Assembly (NCBI GenBank): GCA_013265495.1
Contig: MU058337.1
Span: forward strand, 5,436,716 to 5,500,715
DNA: 64,000 nt
DNA from: Vicugna vicugna
Lineage: Eukaryota
Direction of reading: 5' to 3'
The notes below the pieces were generated by a model that ran no database searches, had not been told where the DNA came from, and worked only from the letters and a program-made list of their open reading frames with translations. Each line of letters opens with the position of its first letter. The stretch's first letter is position 1. Shown piece after piece: positions 1-12,330 of the stretch. The translations under genes were made by a program, and so were the position numbers.

Positions 1-2324
1 AATAGAGGTGTTTGGGACCTAGAAGAAAAAACATACAAGATCTAACTGTATTCATTACTTTTATCTCAAGGAAACCATTAAGTCCATTAATAGGATTTTA
101 AGGGACAGTAATATAAGGAAAATGTATCCGTTCAGCATAATTTGGTATTCTACGTTTTTTTTTTCTCTTACCAGCTTGTTAACATTTTCTGCCAGTCTAG
201 CCTTGTAGCTGCACTAAGAACCCTCTGAAGGGCATTTAAAGCCTATAAAATCTGAAATTCAGCGTTGTAACAAGAGCATGAAAGCGCACGTTTCGGGTAC
301 AGCTTAGAGATGTTGTATGATGTTGTGACTGCGTCAGCCCTTCGTGAGTCTCTGCTGGCCTCCCAAACCAGGAAGCACAGAATAGCCGCTAAATTCCCAG
401 GTGCTCCAAGATCGTACCTTCCTCCCCGCTTTCTTCAGGGGCCAGCTGTAAGGGGCAGTGACTGACAGCTCTGAATCTGCTGGGAGAGCTGGGAGAGGAA
501 ACACCACATGCCATTGGTCAGCTGAAGTTATGAAATTACTTTGAACATGTTGGGGTGCCAGCTGTCACATACAAATGTAGCTTTTATGTACATCCAGAAA
601 ACCCCCATTTGAACTCGAAAGTACTGGATTTATTGAAGATTTTTGTAGAAGAGGGGAAAACCAGTGACTTAAACCCTTTTTAAAGGAAACATGTTTAAAG
701 TGCACAGAATTGCTGTCTTAGATGCAATCATGTAGTGGGTGGGCCTTCGCCCAGCACAGAAGGGAAAGGCTCTCCCCTTTAAGAAACTCTTTATTGGATA
801 CAACAGGCTTGTGAGGGGCATTCTTTGTACACATATGTATATCAAGATTTTGTAGTAACACAGAGATGTTAATAAAAACTAACATGTTTGATCATTACTC
901 AGCTACGTTAGCTCCAGTTTGGGTTATAAAATCACAGGTGCAAAACAGCAAGAGAAACTTCCTTGAAAAACAATAGTTTATGCTTTAGAAAGAGTCTCCA
1001 TTCTGAATTACTGAGTCATGTGTGGATCCAGAAAAACCAGCAAAAGCCATCATGTAAAGAATCAAAGAGAATTCAGCCTTAATTTACTCCGGTAACACAG
1101 AGGCACTCCTTTCTCCAGAATGAACAGAATATGGTCCTTTTTAATATATTGAACAGTCAAAAAAAATACTCTTCCATTACATTAACCCACAGATCTATGC
1201 GCATTTTTCAAGACAGCATGAACAAGATTTTGAAATGAGACTCCCAAGTCTGAATGATTTTTTCAAATGGTTTTCTTTGAGAGAATCCCACCAAAAATTA
1301 CCAAAAAAAATTTTATTTAAGGTAATCCTTCCATTCGGTTATTTGTTGCAGCATTTACAAAGGAACTGAAACTGACTCACGTTTGAATATTTTAGCAGAA
1401 GAAAGCGCAGGCTGAAATATGGAAGATTTAAGCGATGAGGCAGAACGGGGTTTGTGTCATACAGAGCAATTACTCCAACTCTCTTGAGAAGCCAAGTAAA
1501 GGGAAAGGCTTTCGGCCGCCCAATGTGTAATGATATCTCAGCAAGACAGCTGCTGAAGCGCAGAACAGCGCTGAGCTGAGATGATTTATATTTTTTAAAG
1601 CTCAAGGTTGGAAAATTTTCCCTTTGATTCTAATTTCCTTTTTGCAGAACTTTTTTTCTTTAACCACGTGAGTCTTTTCCAAAGCTATCATCTGATCTGT
1701 CTGTTGCAGCCAGACTTCATGCTCAGTTGAAGCCATTATAACCTCCTTCCTTTTGGACTGTTCTTTACATTAGGTTTTTCAATACAGAGAATAAAATCTT
1801 GGGATGCTCTGCACGATGTTTCTTCCACCTTCAAGGGGCATAATCTTTGAAATAATTTTAAGGGGAAATTTACAATTACTATTACTGTTATGTTAGAAGG
1901 TCTGCTTTTGTGGTATAGTATAATGGTTGTTAAATTATTATCCAGGATATCCAGTATAATCCATATTATTCACTCACTGCATCAAAGTAAATTTAATCTT
2001 GGAAAAACTATGCTTACATGCAAAAAGGGGAAAGAATTGAAATAAAAGCTAGAATGTCATTTTATCACATAGTAAAGAAACTTTATAGTGGCTTCAAAAT
2101 ATCATGAAATACTTCCCTTTCTCCTGGCCGCCTCATCCTCCTCCACCTCCCACCCCCTCCACACACACTCCCTAATCCCATCTCACACTTTCTTCTCCTT
2201 TTCCCTTTTTGCATCTTAATTAATGATCATGCACTGGGGAAGAAGAAATGGTCAAAATTGTGATGATTAATACCAGTGAAATAAGAATTAAATGACTGCT
2301 TAAATGCATATCTGCCCTTTGTTT

Positions 2325-2421
2325 TTCAAATGTGTTTATTTGAATGGCAGTACTGGGGATTGAACCTAGGACCTTGTGCATGCTAAGCATTTGCTCTACC
2401 ACTAACTATACCCCCAACCCC
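2325..2421 (-). mobile_element. tRNA-derived SINE (camelid vic-1-like)
   Basis: Reverse complement reads ggtatagttagtggtagagc...ggttcaatccccagtact, with A/B boxes; similar to three other copies in the window. Confidence 0.85.
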
Positions 2422-2451
2422 TGATCAGCCTTTTTAAAAAACAAGAACAAA

Positions 2452-2965
2452 GTTTTTACTGAACTATAATATACACGTAGAAAGAGGCATTTTGCTAAAT
2501 TTTTCCAAACTGAACCCCACCCCCCAGCACCCAGATCAAGAAACATTGATGGTCCCTTAGAAGCCCCTCCCCATTCGTCCATCCAGCCATCATGCTCCCC
2601 CTCTACCCCAGGATAAACGCTCTCCTGGGACCAAGCAGATAGATTAGTACTGCCAGTGTTTCGACTTAATGTCCGCGCAATCAGGGTGTCCTCTTTTGTT
2701 TTGCCTGGCTTCCTTCAGTGTTGTGAAATTCACCTGAGTTCCTGGGCTTGGATGTTGCTTGTTGATTCACATGTTTCAGTACACCGCAGTTTGCTCTTCC
2801 ACTGAGAGGCTGATGGGCACTTGAAGAGTTTAAGTTTGAGACTCTTACAGTTAGCAGGGCTGTGGGCTTGGGAGGTGCAGCTGTGCTGGGTGCGCACACG
2901 TGTCTGGTAGGTGTGCGCCCAGGACGGGATTTGCCGGGTCCCTGGGGGGTTGTATGTTCGTCCTT
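2452..2965 (-). mobile_element. Old L1 (L1ME-like) 3' end fragment
   Basis: Resembles ancient L1 3'UTR motifs (cacccagatcaagaaac; ttcttccact...gatgggcacttg); assigned by eye. Confidence 0.65.
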
Positions 2966-3949
2966 ACTTGATGTGCTGCTGAGCTGTGAACAACAGAAAG
3001 AGCCCTTGGTAACTGGTGTTCAGAAAGAGGCCCCTTCCCGCTTGCAGGGCATCCTCTTTAGTGCCCTAGCAGTGAAAGGGAACGTAGCTACCTTTGGTGC
3101 AGTCCCTCATCCTTTGCGGTTTTAACTGCTCTGTACGGCACAGGAGTGAGGCAGCAATGCCTGATACTCAGGAAGGTTTGCAGAATCCTGAAGAACCTTC
3201 TGACTCATCAAAAAGAGCTTCTCACTTGCCCTTTGCAGTTTTCCGGTGCGATGATCAACTCATGCTGAGTTCACATCCATTTAGTCACAAACAGGTATTA
3301 TATTTCTACTCTCTAGAAGGTGCTATAAAAGTAAATTAAAAATGGAATCTTGCCCGTAAGGCGCTTACAAGCTTTGGGGAGTATAAATGACTCTAATACA
3401 AAATAGAATGAGATAAGTTCCATTTTAAAAACAGATAGGCAAGGGGATTGTTTTTTAATACTGGTAACCTACATATGTTAAACATTGTATTCTAGGATAT
3501 TTGATTAAATGTTACAAAATATTTTGTATAAACTTATTCTAAACATGCATCAGTTCGTCAGTGGCAGACATGAGGTCAGGTTAAATGTCACACAGTCTAA
3601 TTTTATTCTATTCTGTGAATCCAGGGCCACCTGTATTTCACACCAACAAATCAGTTCACTCAGAAAACGGATGTTTTCTGCTTATCTCTCCATCCTTCCA
3701 AATATACCTAAAATCCTTTCTTTTATTTCCCAGGTGTCTGCTGGAGAATTTAATTCTGCCATCTGACCAGTGTGATTCTTTTTCCAGTAAATACTGGTTT
3801 AGTTTACTTTGGGTCAGATATTGTGGTGGACCCCGGATACAGAGTAACAAAATGTCCCCCTGTGTTCCCTGTCCTCCAAGAGTTTACAGTCTCAGGAAAA
3901 ACAGATGCAGTGTTCTAGTGGCTGTGCACTGGAAGTTCGAGTGGTGCTC

Positions 3950-4391
3950 TGTGGAGTGGTTTTAATAGTGCCCTCCCAAAACTGATGTACACCAGGTACT
4001 TCCAAAGGGGACCTTATTTGGAAATTGGATTTTTGCAGATGTAATGAGTAAAGATCCTACTGGTTTGGGGTGAGCCTTAATTTCAATGACAGGTATCTTT
4101 ATAAGAGGAAAGAGAGGAAAATTAAGATAGACAGACACAGAAACACGTGGGGGGAAGGCCGTGTGATGACAGAAGCAGGTATGGAGTAACGCAGCTCTAA
4201 GCCAAGGTGCAGCCCGAAGCTCAGAGGGGTCAAGGAAGGATGCTTTCCTAGAGCTGTTGGGGGAGCATGGCCTTGCTGGTACCTCGATTTAGGACCTGTA
4301 GCCTCCAGAACACTAACAGAATCTTTTTTTTTCTTGTTTTAAACTACCGGTCTTATAGTAATTTATTACAACAATCCTAGGAACCTAATAC
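3950..4391 (+). mobile_element. MaLR solo LTR (MLT1B/C-like)
   Basis: gaccttatttggaaat...tttgcagatgtaat...ttataagag...agcctccagaac...cctaggaacctaatac, typical MLT1 motifs. Confidence 0.85.
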
Positions 4392-5229
4392 TGTATGCGT
4401 TCTGTTGAACCATAAGAAATCGCCGATTTTGACTGCCTTGACCTACACGGACATGGCAACTTCATATGGTTCAACCCAACATACTGCGAGCTTGTAAGAC
4501 GAAGACCTTGTGGATCGGAGAACGTCCCTGAGGAATTGCTTAGTGGAGCTGAAACCAGAAAACATGTAGAAGTTCACAAAGAATGAGAGAGACGGGGGAC
4601 GAGGGGGGTCTCCCAGCAGAGGGGCCAGGGCGACGAAGGCTCTGAGGTAGAGTCTGGACGCTTCTGAGGACCTGGAACATGGAGTGAGCACAGGGCCCGA
4701 TGAGCTGGACAGGGCGGGGCAGGTGAGGCCAAACTGGGCATTGAAGCCTGAAGATGGACCGTTTTCTTTTGAGAGCAGTGGACCAGCACTGAAGGGGTTA
4801 AGCTGGAAAGTGGGAAGATGACTGTGACTGCAGATACGGTGGGACAGGTTCGAAGAGCCAAGCCAGATGGGGAGCCCGCGGGAGAGAGGGCAGGAGCCCA
4901 GGTGATGTCCTTGACCAGGGAAGCACCGGTGAAGACCCAGAGAATGGGCCAGCTGAGAGGTTTTTCAGAAAGAGCTCTGTGTCTTCGTTTTGACGGCGTG
5001 TCCTGATTAACTTACCCTCAGCCCTTGCGTCTCTTTGAAGACATTTAATTCTCAGCAAGTATACACACCTGTCCCGGCGGGCCTCCAGCCCCGGTGCTAC
5101 CCGGTGTGACCGCGCGCGGCAGTGCTGCCGCCCGGGGAGTCTCTGGAAGGAGAAGCAGCACCTTCAGTTTTTCTAATTTCTCCCTTCGCTCCGCACCTTG
5201 TGTTCACACCACTTTGTTCCTGTCTGAGC

Positions 5230-5405
5230 TGGAATAGCTGTTATATTTTAACTATCTATCTATTATAACGTGGGCTCCGTGAGTGCAAATACTGTGTCTT
5301 AGTTATGTTTATATCCCCGGAACTTAGCACTAGCCTGGCCTGTGGGATTTGATTTATAAGTGACCGTGTTGGTGTATAAATAAGTGAGTCAGCAGATGCA
5401 TGAAT
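5230..5405 (+). mobile_element. L2 3' end
   Basis: ctccgtgagtgcaaatactgtgtctt...cttagcactagcctggc...tgaat, typical L2 tail. Confidence 0.55.
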
Positions 5406-6980
5406 TAAATATTCTCTGCCCTGTCTTCTCAGCCTGTCTTTGGCCTTTTATAATTGCCTTTCTCTCTGGCCTGACTTAACATATTAACTGTTTTCTTTTC
5501 TTCCCCCATGTAGTCTACTTACAATGACAAATATTTTTCTATTAGTTGTGCCAGTAAGCTTTTGGAAAACAGATCTCTTCCTCGTGAATCTTTGTTTATA
5601 TAGAAAGCTCTTTCTCTAATGCCTGCATCTCCTGGAAATGCTAGCACTTCCTTGTTCTGGAAGGCTGATTCCCAGATAATTTTGTCTAGGAGCCAATTCT
5701 TATCATCGTCATCACCATCGAATCACTGAGAATGCGCTGTGTCCAGTGTTGCGTTCAGGGAGAGAGGAAGGCCATGGGCAGTGTGGCCCCTTCTCTAGGT
5801 CAGGTTACCACCTAAGACAGAAGGCCGAAGACGACTCACCAAACTATGTAATAAATTATGCGAGTGGCTAAGGTAAAGGTTGATATCATATAAAACCAAA
5901 TTATAAGAACAGCTTCTGCAATGGAATGAGGGAAAAAAGGGAAGGTTTCCTGCAGTAGGAATCAGGACAGAGAATCTCACCGTGGGCACACAACCAGTTG
6001 GACGGCTGAGCCATATATTGTATTGACTTTGGGAAGTTCTCCCAAAACACAGTGCACACTCCCTCTCTGTCCAGTTTTGATAGCCCCATAGGGGTTGGAG
6101 GGAAGAGTTGGCACATCTCTTATTATAAGAGCTTCCTTGGCCTCTCCTTCCACAAACCCAAGACAGATTGTCATCGTAAAGTGAAAGCATAGCCCACAAA
6201 GAAGAAGCAGCTGGTACCTTTGGAAGGGCGCTTCCCCAGCCCCACAAAGACTGACTGCTTGAGTGAAGGTCCTCTTCGACCTCTTAGCTCAGGATGGGTT
6301 TGTGATATTAAAGCCTCAGCCTCCCTGAAACCTAATCTGTAGAACTACTTAAAAAAAAAAAGGCTTACAGAAATATAGATAAGCAAATAAAGAAAACCAC
6401 TTGCTTGTCATTTCCCAGGCATTTTTATGGCATGCCAGCATCTTTACAACCGAACAGGAAACTCTTGCTTTAGGTACCAAATGTGTTGTTTCCATTTTGA
6501 GCTTTTCTTTCTTTAATCTGCTAGACTAAATGACCAATTTCCTTGATATTTTCTCTTTTTCAAATATTACCATTTAGGATTTTCTTTTTTTATTATTATT
6601 ATTCTTTTGATTTCTAATTCTAGCACGCATTTCTATGAAAACCAATTTTACTCTTCAAATGTGTTAGTCGTAAGTCAGTCAACAGTAAAGAATAATGTTT
6701 GGAATGAAAGGGGGACTATGTTTGGGAATAAAATAACAAATTTTTCTTCTTCTTTTTTTTTTCTGCTTAGATTTTTATTTAGTTTTCTTTTCTTTTTTCC
6801 CAGTGCTCAAACTTTGAGCTCAGAGTGACAGATGGCTGAGGTGCACTTGGTAGGGCTTTGCTGCCCTCTGCTGTTTCTTCATGTAATAATTCATTGTTCC
6901 TTTGATTCAAAAACTCCAATAGCCTATGACTTAAACAGGCTCCCCAGTTTTCTTTTCTTTTTTTTCTGTTTTTTCTTTAG

Positions 6981-7121
<141 letters not shown>

Positions 7122-8411
7122 TAAAATACTTCTTTAATTGTATTTCCCAAGTACACTGTGAAAGATTCATCGTAAATCTCTGATGCAGCCCTTCTTTCAA
7201 ACTTACGTGGGTGTGGGTTTTTTCTGTTTTTATTATCTGTACTTCTACGCTGCCTACCTCTCCGTTTTAAAAAACTGTTGACCCCTTTAAGCCAGAGTCA
7301 CCAGACAACTGTGTTAGCCTAGGCAAGAAGGCTGCTTCCCACTGCTTCTCCCTGAGGTGGTCCCTAAGGGATCTGACGTCCCAGGTAACTGGCGAAGGTG
7401 CTCCAGCTGACAAAGATGATGGTAGACGTCAACCTCTGACCTCCCACCACGTCAGGATAAAATTGCCTCTGGGGCCCTTTTATGTTCAAGTAAATAAAGA
7501 AACCACCACTGACCGGGTTTCTGTACCACAGTAATAGCATTTGTTTCAAATGTCATGTAGGTACCATATAATTTGTCTTCCATTTTTGAAAAATGAACCA
7601 TGGCATGTCATACCCATACTAATTACTAATATGATTTTCTCCAACTTTTGTCCTCAGGTTAAGCAGTTACATTGAAAATACTTTAGAATGCTTTTTTTTT
7701 AATAATTAAAGGAAATTCTTCCAGTTACAGCTCAAAAATTACAAGTAGAACCAGAATAATGTCAAATATGACATTTTTATGTAACTCATTTTGAAAACAA
7801 TTCTGTGGGGAAGTTATAAAAGTATCAGACTGGATGGGTTGCCATAATATTTAAAATTCAAATGGCAACATATTTGCATTTCTGATTAAAAAAAAAAAGT
7901 TTAAAACCTGAAAGTACAAAGTATTTTAAAAGAGCCGCAAATTAAATTCAAGATCAGTGGTTATTTGAAAAGATGTTATTTGAATTCTCCCTATGCTTTG
8001 GAGATCAGATGAAGTAAGTTTCTTCTGAGTTATTTTGAGTCGTAAAATGTAAAATGATCTCTCAAGGATTCTAATGATGAATGAAAGTTCAGAGACATGA
8101 ACTAATTCCTCCGAGTCTTAGAGGGAGAAAAAAGTATCTTATTACCGCAATAGGATTCAAAAACTACCATCAATTACTGAATATTGTTGCTTAAAAGTAA
8201 TTTCAGGGACATTACTTTTATAGAACAGGGCTGCCTGAAGATTCAGGACTTTTTCTCTAAGTTAAACTTTTTGCATATCAAATCTGGAGTTAAATCTCAG
8301 CACCACTCTTGGTGTGGCATGTCTTGTTTGCTGTGGACTTTGGTCTCTGTGCTGTCTTAGCTCAGACAGATGCATCTTTGCAAAGTGTTATCCCTTGCCC
8401 CATTGCATTAA

Positions 8412-8606
<195 letters not shown>

Positions 8607-9112
8607 TAACCGGGTTTTCCTTAAGCATGTGTGTTAGGGACAAGAACCACGTCCCTCTGTGCGGGCCTGAAATCTTAAAGTCTCAGGGAAATCGTGAAGG
8701 AAATCACTGTGTTCGTCCAAGAAAGCAGGAAACCTCCCATTTGCAAATCTGTGAATTTAAGTTTTGCATTTCTGCGAGGTCTCCAGCGGTGCCACATGGC
8801 AGCCTGCTGATTTCCGGTGAATCAAGAGCGTCCCCAGCCCTGCGTCTCCTCACGTGCAGAGGGAAGGGCTCTGAGCTCTCAAGTTCAGCCCAGGTTCAGC
8901 GGTGGCCTGTATGTTGCCTGTGCAAGAGACCAGGCTTATTCCAGATTACTGCACCAGGGAGACTAACCCGAGCAAGGGTCTCTAAAATCAGTCCAAGTAA
9001 CTGCCATTCGTTGAGTTTTGCTGTGGCTTGTGGCGGGAATCGTCTCTGGGCACAGTGTCTGCTTCATGTTCTAATTCACCTGTATCTCTATCATTTGAAA
9101 AGCAGATGGGGT

Positions 9113-9229
9113 GGGGAGGGTATAGCTCAGTGGTAGAGTGTGTGCTTAGCAAGCATAAGGTCCTGGATTCAATCCCCACTACCTCCATGGAATACATAAA
9201 TAAACCTAATTACCCCACCTCCAAAAAAA
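9113..9229 (+). mobile_element. tRNA-derived SINE (vic-1-like)
   Basis: ggggagggtatagctcagtggtagag...ggattcaatcccc...taaataaacctaattacccc followed by an A tail. Confidence 0.9.
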
Positions 9230-9689
9230 GTGAGTAGGGATTTTTCCCCCCAAATTCTACAGTTAGAAAATGAAAGATCAATAACAGAGTTTGCAAAAGC
9301 ATGTAATTCACTTGTGTATATTTCTCTTTGGAAGGCCTAGCTGTCCTTTAAATTGTCGCCACCCTTTTTCTTCAGTTTATCATCAAACACATACTTCTCT
9401 ATTGTCACGTGAAAATAAAATATCTCTACCAACTTCATGCTCCAGGATTCTCTGTTTCTCCCCATTATCCAAAGATTACACTTGCAGGGCACCTTTATTA
9501 ACTCCTCTCCTCCTTCTGTCCTCCCCTCCCCTCCCTGAATGAGCTTGAACTTCTGCCCTTTGTCCCTCCCCCAGTTCCTCAGTTCTCTGCTGTAGTTGAG
9601 TGATTGTGTTCTCAACTCTTAGGACGATGATTTCCTTTGCAGTCTGTCTCTTCTCACTGAAGGATTTTCATTTACTTCTTTTCCTTTAG

Positions 9690-10230
9690 TCACCCACAGA
9701 TGCTAGTCCTCTGTCCTAGAGATTCCAAGATCGTAGGTGACAAGCCTGATGTCAGTGTCATTTTTTTCCACGTGAAAGTAATTCGGCTTTTCGTTGGGGG
9801 TTGGTTGGTTTTCTGATTTCTCTTGAGAAGCTTGTGATCTTTCCACATATCCTTGGAGCGCAGAAACTTTACCAGGATATTCTCTGTATGTGTTTTATCA
9901 TCCAAACTGTCCAAACTGGGTAGTCTTTTCAGTTTGCCAGCTAAGATACATGTCAGAGAAATTTTCATTTATTATTTGTTCAGTTACTACTTTTCCATCT
10001 GCTCCTTTTTTCCCCTTACTTTTCCCTTCCTCTCTGTTTCTCTGCCATGCTTTGAAATATTTGCTCCTTCATGTAACTGTCCACTAATTTGATTTTAACT
10101 GAGATCATCCTTTCTTTTAAATTTTGAGTGAAAAGTCATGAAAAACACACAATACCATTACCTCTCCTTAAAGACTTTTACTCTTTTTTAAAAAATTGTT
10201 ATTAAATTTGTCACATCTCTTCCCTACAGT
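9690..10230 (-). mobile_element. Old HAL1/L1 ORF1-region fragment
   Basis: T-rich segment resembling antisense ORF1 (atccttggagcgcagaaactttaccaggata); by eye only. Confidence 0.4.
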
Positions 10231-11298
10231 CATGTTTCTCTCAATACAAAGTACAGGGTAGAGAAGCAAACATTTCTGTGTTGGTGGATAACTGAGTGGG
10301 AGGATAATGGCTTGCTTTCAGACATTTCCGTCTGAAACTGCATTTTACATACTAGAGCACAGATTGTTTATTTTCTAAATTTATTTCAAAAGCAGACTTT
10401 AAGCCAGAGGGGATGCAACGAGGCCCTGGTCGGGGCTGCGGTTGTGACCAGCCGTCTCCAGGAAGAGCGCTGATGTCGCCAGTGCCCAACACGGCAAATT
10501 CAGACATGCTTTGTGAAGGCCCCCGTAGTGATAGTCCGCTGGAAATGCAAAGTGGAGAGCTTAGTCCTTGAAAATGTATTTTTTCTCTAAAAGGAAACAT
10601 GATGTCTCTCACGTATCCTGAGCAGAATCTTTTGAAATTGGCAAGAAAAAAAAATAAAATGCTTCTTGGCAGGTGAGTGGGGCGGGGAGGTGGGGGTGGT
10701 CTAAGCGAGTCTGCCATCCCCCCTCCCTGGGCGATCTCCACGCTGGGTCAGGTCAGAGAACTTCACGCGCTGTCTCTGATTTCTTTAACGTCCTTGTATG
10801 TTTGTGGCTTCTTTTTATATTCTCACTTAACAGTAATTTTTAACTAACTGACAGTAAGAGAACAGTTATAGCTTTAGCCTATAATCTTACACTGGAGCCG
10901 CTCTCGTAATCCTCTAAAATGTAATGAACTAGCAAAGACCCTGATCCTGGGGTATCCAAGTCACCCAGCTCTAAAGAGACTAGAATTTTTTGAAGACTTG
11001 AGGCCATCCCCAATCTATAAGGCCGATTGATTCAAGCACCCAGTACATGGTCTTATATAAGGAAAATTATCAGCATGGCTGAAGTGGCGCCTCACCCCAC
11101 ATCCGCCCCGTTGCCCATATGTAGATAAACTACACTTTGAACCGTGTTGGTTATCTTGGTACAGCCTTCAGCATCGGGGTAAGGGCTCCAATTCGGAAAG
11201 CGGCATATGGAGAACACGGGTTCTCTTCATCCCTGCAGTGGCTACCCTGTTGTGGCAGCAGCAGAAAGACTTACGGGGCCGCCACGCATTCTTAAAGC

Positions 11299-11842
11299 TT
11301 TTTTGTGTGTGTATATTTATATTTTTATTGAAGTATAGTCAGTTTACAATGCTGTGTCAGTTTCTGGTGGACAGCACCATGCAACAGTCATACATGAACA
11401 CACACATATTCGTTTCCATGTTCTTTTTCACTGAAAGTCACTGCAAGATACTGAGTGTAGCTCCCTGTGCTCTGCAGTGTGAACTTGTTTATCTAGTTCA
11501 TATATATTAGTATCTGCAAATCTCGAACTTGTAAGTTATCCCTTCCCACTCCCTTCACCCACCCCGGTAACCATAAGTTTGTTTTCTCTGAGTCTGTTTC
11601 TGTTTTGTAAATAAGTTCATTCGTCTTTTATTTTTTAGATTCCACGTACCACCAAAGTGATATCATATGGTATTTTTCTTTCTCTTTCTAGCTTACTTCA
11701 CTTACACTGACAATCTCCAGGTCCATCCTTGTTGCTGCAACTGGCGTTACTTTATTATTTTTTATGGACATTTAGGTTGTTTCCGTGTCTTGGCTGTAGT
11801 AAATAGTGCTGCTGTGAACCTTGGGGTGCATTATCTTTTTGC
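11299..11842 (-). mobile_element. 5'-truncated artiodactyl-type L1 3' end with TSD
   Basis: ttttattgaagtatagtcagtttacaatg...gtccatccttgttgctgcaa; exact 12-bp TSD cattcttaaagc at 11287-11298 and 11843-11854. Confidence 0.9.
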
Positions 11843-11999
11843 CATTCTTAAAGCGTTGACTCTCCTTGGGCTGCTGGAAATGTAGACCTAATCATTCCCT
11901 GTAAGATCCACTGTTTCTAGCCCGAGCACCTGGCGTTCTTCATAAATACTTGGGATCTGTTGTCCTTGAGTGCCTTTGGGCCAGGGAGGCTCATAACAG

Positions 12000-12330
12000 A
12001 GAATCTGCAAATATTAGCTACTATATATAAAATAGATGAACAAGTTTCTTCTGTATAGCACAGGGAACTATATTCAATATCTTATAATAACCAATGATGA
12101 AAAAGCATATGAAAACAAATATGTGTGTGTATATGCAGAACTGGGACATTATGCTGTATGCCAGACATTTACACGTTACAACTGAATATACTTCAATTTA
12201 AAAAAAGAGAAATATACAGATAACTCATGAGACAAGAAAAATTCAAATGTAAAATTACAAAATATGTGGAACTAAATAATAAAAATATTTTACAGCAAAA
12301 CCAACCAACCAACCAAAAAAAAAAAAAAAC
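12000..12330 (+). mobile_element. L1 3' end (same family), followed by an extra ~100-bp segment and a second A tail
   Basis: tatagcacagggaactatattcaatatct...tatacttcaatttaaaaaaa, then extra sequence, (CCAA)n and a long A run. Confidence 0.85.

Noticed and set aside
3705..3766. Strong acceptor-like tract (tttcttttatttcccag) as an extra exon
   Set aside because: Stop after 10 codons in phase 0, with no convincing nearby donor or polyA signal; a typical pseudo-acceptor.
5795..6247. 150-aa minus-strand ORF and other intronic ORFs (8627-9136, 30007-30417, 10352-10741)
   Set aside because: No recognisable domains; several overlap repeats or probable LTR-like sequence.
9113..9190. tRNA-like sequences (also near 2340, 43690 and 48301) as tRNA genes
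   Set aside because: They carry SINE bodies and tails, diverge from each other, and one has a clear TSD; they are SINE heads.
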